DNA of 64,000 nucleotides from Octopus vulgaris (Eukaryota). Shown in pieces: positions 52,906 to 64,000 of this stretch (position 1 is its first letter; each line of letters begins with the position of its first letter). The notes under the pieces were generated by a model that was not told the DNA's origin, ran no database searches, and worked only from the letters and a program-made list of their open reading frames with translations. The translations under genes and the position numbers were made by a program. Where the stretch lies: contig OX597841.1 of assembly GCA_951406725.2 (NCBI GenBank), positions 248,001 to 312,000 on the forward strand. Reading direction: 5' to 3'.

Positions 52906-55574
52906 AAATTGAATATATACCCTTTTTAGTTTTGATAAATCTTTCTCTATCATATTGGGTATTTAACTGAAGAACCGGTGGAAAATGGGATGTTTTCGAT
53001 CCCTTAAAGGAAATTGGTTTTCCTAGAACTGAATATTATATTTGAAAATGGAGAATATTTGGCATCATGATATTCTCGAGCACGTGCACAAAATGGTTCA
53101 GCCTGCCAAAGGCATTCATGCTAACATAGTTTCTACATCACGTGATGCCGCTCCAGTCGTGTCAACGGTGCAAAATTGAGTAAATAGAGGAGGTACCGAT
53201 GAACTGGCCGATACCCCAGCAGAAGTATCGCTACATAGATTGGAAAATATAATCGTGGACGGTTATGGTTATGTACAGAGGGATGAACGAAGGGAAACGA
53301 ATAGCCAGGACGGCCCATGTCCGGAGCGTAACCAAGTAATTACTAATAAGAAAAAGTGGATTGTAGTAATATATGTGAAAAGCACCGACATAGAGCGAAA
53401 AATAAGGAAATTCAAAGGTGCCATAAGAATAGGATTGCCAGCTGAACGTTAGCTGGAACACATCAAGGGTGTGGCGATTGACAAGGAAAGGTATAAAAGG
53501 TTGAAAGGACTATGTGAACCCTTTGGGGAAAGAAATTTAATTTGAGCAACTACCAAAAGAAGATAAATACGAGGAATTAATACCCCTAATGAATGGTAAT
53601 AGAGGAGTCCTTTAAAAAGGGAAAAAGAGAAGAAAAAATAAGAAAGAAAAAATGAAGGAAATAGATTTTTTTTTAAATGGGAAAGAAAATGCAAAAAGAT
53701 AAAAGAAAACTAAAAAATTGTCTAAATTAACAGTTAAATGGTACTGCTTGTGAGTGGGGCTCATGCAACCATTCATCTTTCATTATTATATAATAGTCAT
53801 GCTCATTCGTTATTATGTTTATTGTCCCCACTGTGGTGTTGTGTCTGTCCTTGTAGTGTCCCCTCCGTGTTAGTTGCCGAGTGCCTAAATAAAGAATCGG
53901 AGTGGGGCTCATGCAGCCATTTCATCAGGATCGATTTCATTATACATTTTTTCATTTTGCGTTCGCTGCATATTTTTTGTCCCCATTTGTTGTGTTCTGT
54001 CTGTCCTTTTGTTGTCCCCTCTCTGTTAAGGCCTGGGTGCCAAATAAAGAAAAGGAGAGTCGGTGAGCTGTGTAAAGCCGAGAGTTGCGTATTGTCGAGT
54101 GTAAGTACAAGTATTGTGTATCTTGAGTACAACGATTTGCGAGGACGTTATTTATTATCTCGTTATAGGATCTTTACCTTTTGACCTACAGATTTAGAAA
54201 ATAATTTTTTCGCAACTAAACACTTTGAAACTTCGGACACTGATAGAATGTGTCATATAAAACATATTTTACTCTCAGCATTTTGGAGAAAAACTTATAT
54301 TTACGAAGTTATTTCACGTTAAAGTTGTCGTATTTCGGTAATTTCAACCAATCAATAACGTGTATTCAGCTGAATAAAATTACTGTCGTTGTTCTTGTTT
54401 ATTTGCCAAATAAACACACGCACCATATCTTCGCTCTTCACTCGTTTACTACTGTTCTTATTCTAACTCATTGCCATTATCCATGAATCTTTCATCATAC
54501 ACGTGTGACATCTACAGGAAAGACTTTCCGTCCTCGTGTGTGTTCCTTCTCCGCTTAGACTAAGACTTACATTGTAGAAAGGCATTCGTCAATGTGGATT
54601 TTCTCATAGTTCGGCATTCGTACACAATCGATTTAAATCCTTCCTAGTTGCCATCTCAAAAGATACCTCTTCATTTAACATCAATTAATCACGTAAGCAC
54701 TCTTGCCTCTATCAACATTTCCACGTGACTTGGTTATCGATTTCGAAACATTGTAACAAGAACAGTTTTCACCAACTTCTCTCTGCGTGTTTCTACATGT
54801 ATCACAGAAATTATCAGTGCACTTTTTAATTACAAACAAAAGGCATACACACACATTGTTTAACACTGTTTGGCTTTGAATTGGTGTTAAATGCTATAGT
54901 TTAATTATCCTTTCACTGGTTCCAAGTCACAAAGATTATATACATGTATATATATATATGTATATGTTGCACCATGTTTGCGGGCATTCTGAGATGAATC
55001 AATGATGCATAAACATGGACCAGAGTGCGCATCTGTTTAATTTGTGTTTTCGATATGTATTGCAGTTTTATGTTTATGCATTTAATTAGCGACCTTTCCG
55101 ACGAGCTATAGAAAATTAATTAATCAATAAATTATTTCATTAAATGATTTATTTTGTCTTTAATAGTGAAACCCTTGAGTATAAGGTTTACTATATTTTT
55201 ATTCACTCAAATGTGTTGCTTGATTACAAATCAACGTGCTTTAATGTAAGAATATTCTTTCGTGGTTTTAGACTTTGACTGCTATTTTTAGCATGTAAGA
55301 AATCCACATGATACTTATCACTCCGCGTATATTTCATATACTATTATATTTAAAAGTATTTATGTCTTCTGACTGTAAATTCGCATGCTCACAACTACTA
55401 AATAATTATTTGATAATTTTTACTCTTGTAATTACAAAGTTACTTATTTGCTTACCAACCACTTGGTTCCATGTTGAGTCCCATTTCGGGGCAACTTTCG
55501 CAAATATCTTCGAGTCTGGCCGACCAAAGCCTTGTGAGTAGATTTGGTTGGCGGAAACTGAAAGAAGTCTGTTG

Positions 55575-55661
<87 letters not shown>

Positions 55662-56265
55662 TCTAATCATATTATTGGAGCATTAATGCTACCATTTTAT
55701 TCATGTTTAGAAAATATTCTTTTATTCTTCTACTCTTATGTTTCAGTCATTTGAACGCGGCCATGCTGTGGCAGCTCCTTTAGTCGAGCAAAACTGCCGC
55801 AGTATTTATTCTTTGTAAGCCTAGTACTTTAAACCGCCAAGTTGCCGGGGCGTAAACACACCAGCATCGGTTGTCAAGCGATGTTGGGGGGACAAACACA
55901 GACACACAGACACACACTCAATATATATACGACGGGCTTCTTTCACTTTCCGTCTATCAAATCCACTTAGAAGACTTTGTTCGGCCTGAGGCTACAATAG
56001 AATGCACTTGCCGAAGGCGCCACGCAGTGATATTGAACCCGGAACCATGTAGCTGGTAAGCAAGGTACGTATCTCACAGCCACTCCTATCTTAACAATTT
56101 TTCCAGCCGATCACATGGTTTTTTTCTCCGTTTATGTTTATAACACAAAATGGAGACGAAAACTGTTCCTTCATGTGATGGCCTTGAAAAATTGTTAAGA
56201 TACAACGATCTTTTCATGACCTGAAACCATTGGTAGCTTTAATACAAATAAAGAAGTTCACACAC

Positions 56266-56304
<39 letters not shown>

Positions 56305-56586
56305 CATATTTATGGTCAGATGTGACCTGGAACAATAACAAAAACAGTTCTGTCCCTGGAGAGAGAGAAAGAGAATTACAACTCAAAAGACCGATGTTGG
56401 ATGGAATAGTCTGGCATAGCTTCGTTTTGAGTAGACGAATGAAAACAAAATATTCGTTAGTTTCCGTGAGCACGTGTTGTCTTGCCAACTGCGTGTTTTT
56501 TCTGATTGACGTGTCGAAGAGGAAGAGGAAGCTAATGAGTGTATGATTGTGTGAGTTTGTTCTTGTGCGCGCGTGCTTCTTCACGT

Positions 56587-56625
<39 letters not shown>

Positions 56626-57094
56626 TGTGTGTGTACTATAACTGTGATGGCTTTTCGACGTCAATCTCGTTTTCTTTTTGGAAATTTACAGATTTTACTT
56701 ACACACATGAAGCAGGTAAGAAGAAATACGCAAGGCTTTTATATCTACATTCCACACCCATAAATACATAAAAACAGAACAAGCACTCACACACACACAC
56801 AAAAAGAAGCATGCACACACACACACAGACGTAGGTCCATTAGCTTCCCCTTCCATTTCGACACGTCAGACAGAAGAAGCACGCAGTTGACAAGAGATCG
56901 CGTGTTCACAGAAATTACCGAAGAAGCCTGCTTATAAATTGTCGACTCAATACGAAAGATCACCAATATTTTTTCATGGATTCTTTATTAACAGGTATTA
57001 CTTGACCTATGCGGATCACTAGTGGTGGTCAGCTGGATTGGATGGGCGTAAACAACGACAACAACAATAGTATCAATGGATATCATATGCTGGG

Positions 57095-57150
57095 TTAGTT
57101 CTGCTGCCTCAGGCGGATGAATATGGCCATGGAGTCTGCTAATGCATAAC
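57095..57150 (-). CDS. Gene C exon 5 coding part
   Basis: Inverted copy of gene B exon 5 with the same peptide and stop; acceptor TTGCAG|GTTATG. Confidence 0.9.
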
Positions 57151-57652
57151 CTGCAAGTAACAAATAACAACATCAACAACAAAAAGACATTCAAATATAT
57201 CGTGGGAGGGCTTTAAAGGTGGTCACTCGATTTAATAGAAATGGCAGCCAAGTCTACACATAGTGTAATGGGAAATATCCAGGTGGGTCATGGTCAGAAC
57301 ACCTTTGATCATAAATCAGTTGGATTAGGCTGATTGGCTGCAATTACTACTCACATTGAGAATCGATTTATTTATTGGCCACGCAGGGGCTAGACACAGA
57401 AGGGGCAAAATATAAAGTAGTGCTTTTCTTTTGGGGAACAAGAGAAGGAGAAAAAAAAGAAGGGTCGAATTCCGATCAAGAGGGATCGTGAAAAAAAAAA
57501 AAGGAAAATGGGGCCGATCAATAGGGATCGTGTATAGATAGATAGACAGATAGCTAGACAGGGAGATTGACAGACATATAGATAGGGAGAAAGAGAGAGA
57601 GAGAGGGGGGAGACAGAGATACAGAAAGACATAAAATGGAAGCATCACTTAC

Positions 57653-57816
57653 CGCTGTTCCAGATGGTTCTCGATTTTGCATCAGAATAACGAATTGCAG
57701 GGAAGTGATTCATTTTATCATATGCACAGTATACTCCAGCTTCGTTTAGGGCTAGCCAGCCACTCTCAACAGAACAGCCACCGTTGTGGTTCGTTATATA
57801 GAAGCGACGTACACCG
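57653..57816 (-). CDS. Gene C exon 4 (164 bp)
   Basis: Acceptor TTTATAG|CGGTGTA, donor AGCG|GTAAGT. Encodes GVRRFYITNHNGGCSVESGWLALNEAGVYCAYDKMNHFPAIRYSDAKSRTIWNS. Confidence 0.92.
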
Positions 57817-57955
57817 CTATAAAGTTGGAGAGAAATTCGTTTGGGTTTCAGAATGAGAAAATATAAACATTTATTAAATATACCATTATGTTCGATGTAC
57901 ACATTTGAACCAGTATTTATTTAAAATAGCCATTTGTGTATCATATTGAAAGGAT

Positions 57956-58283
57956 CTAAAAAGACTCCGCCGGTTACGAAGACGAGGGTCCCAGCTGATA
58001 CCATCAACGGAACAGCTTGCTCGTAAAATTAACGTGCAAATGGCTGAGCATTCCACAGACACGTGTACCCTTAACGTAGTTCTCGGGGATAATCAGCGTG
58101 ACACAGAGAGTGACAAGGCTGACCCTTTGAAATACAAGTACAACTCATTTTTGCCAGCTGAGTGGACTGGAGCAACGTGAAATAAAGTGTCTTACTCAAG
58201 GACACAACGCGTCGCCGGGAATCGAACTCACAACCTTACGATCATGAGCCGAATGCCCTAACCACTAAGCCACGCGCCCTCAC
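57956..58283 (-). mobile_element. tRNA-derived SINE inserted in gene C intron 3 with 11-bp TSD
   Basis: ATTGAAAGGAT at 57945-57955 and 58284-58294; the matching gene B site (~27915-27925) is empty. Confidence 0.88.
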
Positions 58284-59332
58284 ATTGAAAGGATATACAC
58301 ACAGTCGATAGGCTAGTTGCTGTAGTATTTTCCCTGAGTGGACAATGAGAGAAAACAAATGCTATCTCAGGACAAATATTGCAGTAACTGGACTGTCGAG
58401 AGTGTATATACACGTCAGGTACGATACAAAGACATCTATACCAGTCTGTTAAAATCTGTAGTGACGGCTCCAACAGCCGTCAATAGATTTCTTTGATTAG
58501 GCAGAAAGTAAATTCACAACGGGATCTATCTTACAACATAGGTGCGTGAACACACGCATACGCACCCACACACACGTAGGAACGCATTCACGCAGACACA
58601 CACACACTCACACAGAAATACACTCGTACAATTACGCAAAGAAATAATAAATTACACACGAAGTAGACTTCAGTTAAAATTTGTAAGAAAAAGCGCCACA
58701 AATATAACAACCATAACATTTTCCCTTGTTAAACAAATTAGGAAACTAAGCGTGCAATGGATTCTGGTAATTAAGAGAAATAATATAATGGAATAAAGAA
58801 TATTTAAAAACGAACACGCGCAAGTAAAACTAGTTATAGCATACATTTTAAGGTGAATGTATATTTTCGTGTTTCCCCACTTTAAAACAGGCCACTTAAT
58901 GTAGATACACTGTTGAAATCGGAAAACTTCGTTATTCGTATCCAGAAAGCGACTTATATAGAGGTGCAGTGTTAAAACTTACAGAAATGCCCCAGTAATA
59001 GACAAATAGCATCTAGCAGCTGCGATGGAATTGCTAAATATGTATCTCTACTACTTTGAATATCATCAGCAGTAAGTACCCACCAGCAACCCCATACCAA
59101 ATCAAATTTAGTCTCTAATGATACAGGAAAATTATAATTAAGAAATCAGCAGTGTTCAGAAATCAACAGACAGGTTGGATATATTATAGTTCATTATTAG
59201 TGAGGGAAGAAGATTTAGTTCAAATTTGTACTCTGTATATCATATTCAATGAAGATATTATAGTGAAAGCCTGGAAATGCTTTGGTGGCTTCAAGAAAAT
59301 ATCGTGAATAAATATATAGTGTTAAGAAACAG

Positions 59333-59363
<31 letters not shown>

Positions 59364-59435
59364 CAGCGTGCGTAAAGTGCTTTTGATATATTACGTCTCT
59401 ACATAGCGAAACAGAAGATTATATTTAAAACATAC

Positions 59436-59599
59436 AAAACTCCCTTCATTTGGAAAAACTTTGGGTTGGCTGAAGATAGGTCATCCCATGGAGAACTTTT
59501 CAAGTTTGCATGAGAGAACCAGCTTTCAAGGTTTGAATTTCGTCCATCAAAAATCATAGTCACAACAGGTGTTTGGTTTTTATAAATCACCAGTTTCAC
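59436..59599 (-). CDS. Gene C exon 3 (164 bp)
   Basis: Acceptor TTTTCAG|GTGAAA, donor GGAGTTTT|GTATGT. Encodes VKLVIYKNQ...SPWDDLSSANPKFFQMKGV. Confidence 0.92.
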
Positions 59600-59748
59600 C
59601 TGAAAAGTAAGAGCAAATATATAACAGACAAACACGCATAAATGGATCAAGTTAAATTGATCAACGCTAATTTAACGGCTGTTTTATTGGTCATTCTTAC
59701 CCTAATGTCCATTCCACATTTACTCCATCATTTCTTTGCATGTAAAGA

Positions 59749-59798
<50 letters not shown>

Positions 59799-60505
59799 TA
59801 ATATGTGTGTGTGTCTGTGCGTGTGTGTGTGTGTGTGTGTATATACACATATTGGAGCAAATGTTGAGCAATTAGAATGAGTTCTCAACATCACTTTGGT
59901 GAATAAAAGTTCTTTATTTCTATTAAGACTACCGATGGTTTCATGTCATGAATATAGCTTAATATCTTAACAATTTTTCATGATGATCAAATGAAGGAAA
60001 ATTGCTCGTGTCCATTTTGTCTTTTAATACTAAATGGAGACATTCACCATGTCATCGGCTTGAAAACTTCTTAAGATATTACGATGTTTTCTAAACAAGA
60101 AACAAATGGTAGACTTAATGCACAAATAATATATATAGGCTCAGGAGTGGCTGTGTGGTAAGTAGCTTGCTTACCAACCACATGGTTCTGGGTTCAGTCC
60201 CATAGCGCGGAACCTTGGGCAAGTGTCTTCTACTATAGCCTCGGGCCGACCAGTGAGTGGATTTTGTAGACGGAAACTGAAAGAATCCCGTCGTATATAT
60301 ATAATATATGTATATATTTGTGTGTCTGTGTTTGTCCCGGCAACATCGCTTCACAACCGATGTTGTTGTGTTTACGTCCTCGTCATTTAGCGGCTCGGTA
60401 TGAAGCTTACAAAAAATAGGTCCTGGGGTCGATTTGCTCGACTAAGGGCGGTGCTCCTGCATGACCGCAGTCAAATGACTGAAACGAATAAAAGAATATA
60501 AGAAT

Positions 60506-60538
<33 letters not shown>

Positions 60539-61522
60539 AGCACATAATATGTAATATATATATAACATTGATCAAAGTGTACAGTTTTATACATGCATTA
60601 CAGACGATCTTACCCGTCGGTTTCTCAATATATATATGAATTATAGATAAAACCACTATTATGCAACTCAAACAGTGATAGGCATAAACCAATACATAAA
60701 TAACAAATAATATAAATATAATTAATATAATATAGGAGATGTACCTGCATAGCAAGTTATTTGATCTGAGATCGTGTGCTGAAACGAAAACAATTTTAGC
60801 GTGGAAGGTGTTTGTAAGCCATTTAAGAAACACACAAAAGCCGTTCGATTCACTTCAATATTTTAGTTTAATTTGTCAAAATATTTTCGTCACTTTAAGA
60901 CCGCGACCTGCATCTCAGCACGGATTTTTGATGCAGTACGGATTTTTGTCAGTGAACAGGTCGCGGTCTCAAAGCGACGAAAATATTTTGACAAATTAAA
61001 CTTAAATTTTGAAGTGAATCGAACGGCTTTTGTGTGTTTCTTAAATGGCTTATAAACACCTTCCACGTTGCAATTGTCTATATATATATAAACCTTATTC
61101 AGCACGGATTTTTGTCAGTGAACAGGTCGCGGTCTCAAAGCGACGAAAATATTTTGACAAATTAAACTTAAATGTTGAAGTGAATCGAACAGCTTTTGTG
61201 TGTTTCTTAAATGGCTTACAAACACCTTCCACGCTGCAATTGTAATATAATATATATTTTTTTTAATGATAAATATAAGTGTTTTTAATTATTATATTTT
61301 ACTTATTTCTTATTACATTATATTTATATTTATCATTTATCATTTAAAAAAATAAAAAATATATATATATTATATTAATTATAGTTATATTATTTGTTAT
61401 TTGTGTATTGGTTGGTTTATGTCTATCACTGTTTGAGTTGCATAATAGTGGTTTTATCTCTAATTCATATTTTATATATTTATACAGGGAATTTTTCCCT
61501 GTAAGTTTGGAGCTATACTCCC

Positions 61523-61624
<102 letters not shown>

Positions 61625-62081
61625 TTTATTAATAAAAGCTGCAAAGATATTTCAAAAACTGTTACTCTATTTTTCACGTTCCTGTTGACTGGATGTTTGA
61701 TTTTTATCACTCTCAGTACATGTGTCCTCAGATTGTACTGTCCTCAGACACACACCGAAAGACTCTGAAATGTTCGTATTGGACTTTCACCGCAAATGTC
61801 AGGCAGTACAGCACATCATTTCCAAATCTCTGCCAGAGTGAAATACGACAATTTACCCATCGCACCCTTCATATGTATCGAGCTACTTTTAGAAACGCTG
61901 CACGGCGTTACAGTTTTTTTTTTCCGCGGAAGGAAAGTATTACAAATCTTACAAATACTTTTTAGATAATCCCCGAAATAGAAGATTGGACCGGCTTATG
62001 TGACTGGTATCAAGTCGAAATAATGAAGTCAAACGAAAATAGGGATGTTTTGAAATCATGTTGTAGTTGAAAGGACGGGTG

Positions 62082-62581
62082 GCATGCAAGATTCTAGGAG
62101 TTCCAGCAAAACTTATTATAAAAAGAATTAATAACAATGGTTTCAAATCTTTTTCCACAAGGGCAACAATTTGGGGCAGGCCATGAATCTCACAGCGGTT
62201 TGCCGCGGATAAAATTCTTTACAATACTGCTTCGCCTTCCCAATAAATAAGTTTTACAGGTCAAAAATGTGACACACATAACTGAATTGATCTAAATATT
62301 TGTTTATCAGTATTACTGTTATTATGAAAATAATAATATGCATTTGTGTGCGCGTGTATGTGTATGCATACATACCTCCTCAATTGGAAGATGTTTCCAG
62401 AAATCAAGGATAGGATGTCGGAAGAAGTTGGGACAAAAGACACCTCTGCATTTGTCCACATTCCAGGTTGAAGGACTTCCTATATTCATGAATGATTTAA
62501 AGACTTTTGAACGAGCTCCCATTGATATGGCATAAGTTTTAATCCATTGGGTATCTGAAATAATGATAATAATAACACAAC

Positions 62582-62636
<55 letters not shown>

Positions 62637-63685
62637 ATAGTAGTCATGATGATATTGGCTTCAAAACTCAATGCCAGTAACATAATTTCGGCAAAGAACT
62701 TGCGCGCACTTTCAGAGTTGGGTATGGCGTTGGCATCCTGAACTGAACAGATGAGGAGGTATAGGAGATGGACAGGAAAACGAGAAAGCTTCTAAAGATA
62801 CATGGAGCCCATCATCCACGTACAGACACAGTTTGTCTGTATGCGAGGAGAGCAAATGGAAACCTTGCTAGTGTCGGGAATGATGGAGTATTGAATGCAG
62901 CGGAAAAAAAGTAAGACAAAGGAACAAATACAAAATGGACATGATAAAGCATAATTCAACAGGGGACTACACAATCATTTCCATGTAGCCAGAACAGAAG
63001 TTTCTGGAAAACATAGGGCAGCAATTATGGGGAGGCCATGAATCGATTACATCGACCCCAGTGTTGAACTGGTACTTAATATATCGACCCCGAGTGGATG
63101 AAAGGCAAAGTCGACCTGGGCGGAATTTGAACTCAGAACGAGTCAACTGGCGAAATACCTATTTCTTTACTACCCATAAGGGGCTAAATACAGAGAGGAC
63201 AAACAAGGATAGACAAACGGATTAAGTCGATTATATCGACCCCAGTGCGTAACTGGTACTTATTTAATCGACCTCAAAGTGATGAAAGGCAAAGTCGACC
63301 TCGGCGGAAATTGAACCCAGAACGTAGCGGCAGACGAAATACCGCTAAGAATTTCACCCGGCGTGCTAACGTTTGCCGCTTTCCCCACTGAAAATATTAA
63401 CAACTTTAAAAGAATTTTTCACCGATCTAGTGAACCATATCATTGCAGTAAACAGTAAGTATGTATGTAAGTAACTAAGTAGGTACGTATGTTTGTACCA
63501 ATATAGTAGGAAACCGTCAGTTTTAACCATGAACCGTGAACTTTGGCTTTTACTTACAAGTATACTAGAAGAAAAAAAAACGAGTAGTCCACTTGATAAA
63601 TGTCAAATAAATGAAGATGTTCACCTGCTATATAGAGTGATACAACGCACCACCTAACAGTTTCAAACTTCATCAAAATCACAAC
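62082..63685. repeat. Direct segmental duplication, copy 2 (gene C exon 2 region)
   Basis: Starts GCATGCAAGATTCTAGGAG as at ~1100 and ends near CAAAATYACAACA as at ~2980. Confidence 0.92.
62376..62554 (-). CDS. Gene C exon 2 (179 bp); exon 1 presumably lies right of the window
   Basis: Acceptor TTTCAG|ATACCCAATGG, donor GAGGAG|GTATGT. Encodes TQWIKTYAISMGARSKVFKSF...FRHPILDFWKHLPIEE in an open frame. Confidence 0.9.
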
Positions 63686-64000
63686 AACCGAAAATGTTCT
63701 TACCATTGTTTTGAAGTGCAAAAAAAAAAATTGCCCAAATAAGTCCGGAGTTGGACGATGAGGGAAGGGTGTAAAAAAGGAGTATACAAAACTTTTTCAT
63801 ACAAAGATGCCTCATCCCCACCCCAACATTTCGAAGGCTGTGGTTTAAAAAAAAAATAGCAAAATCTTTGAAGAAATTTTCTCCACAAATTTCTTTACAA
63901 TCGTAATCTGTGCGTTTGAAGGGGATTTGTATAAATGTTCATTAAAAGATACTCATCTTCCTGAAAGTTATGAGGGAGTAAAGTAGATCGTGTCAATTTT

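Larger units (their letters stand above)
51462..59750. repeat. Right arm of large inverted duplication
   Basis: Contiguous reverse complement of both left-arm segments; the empty (TA) site is at ~54940-54965. Confidence 0.93.

Overview
AT-rich, microsatellite-dense eukaryotic DNA; the tRNA-derived SINE families resemble those of octopus/cephalopods (inferred from repeat content only). The window holds three paralogs of a 5-exon gene for a ~297-aa secreted protein (signal peptide, atypical PAN/apple-like domain, and an unnamed Cys/Trp-containing C-terminal domain) in alternating orientation. Gene A (-) has exons 1-2, gene B (+) is complete, and gene C (-) has exons 2-5. The 3' halves of B and C form the arms of a large palindrome (about 26.4-47.6 kb vs 51.5-59.7 kb, ~3.85-kb spacer). 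A ~13.5-kb block sits at a (TA)n site in the left arm and is absent from the right arm. Most of that block is an array of ~475-bp non-coding units, ~14 in one orientation followed by ~14 in the other. Every unit carries a type I hammerhead-ribozyme-like motif (CUGAUGA...GAAA-CGAUGCAUCG-UC), so it is a candidate retrozyme / Penelope-pseudo-LTR array. A degenerate Penelope-like retroelement (RT + GIY-YIG) lies in intron 2 of gene B, and its pseudo-LTRs carry variant minimal hammerheads. The rest is SINEs, Helitron-like, Tc1/mariner, R4-like, CR1-like and Gypsy remnants plus a 30-bp minisatellite. All calls come from reading the sequence by eye; no searches or folding programs were run.
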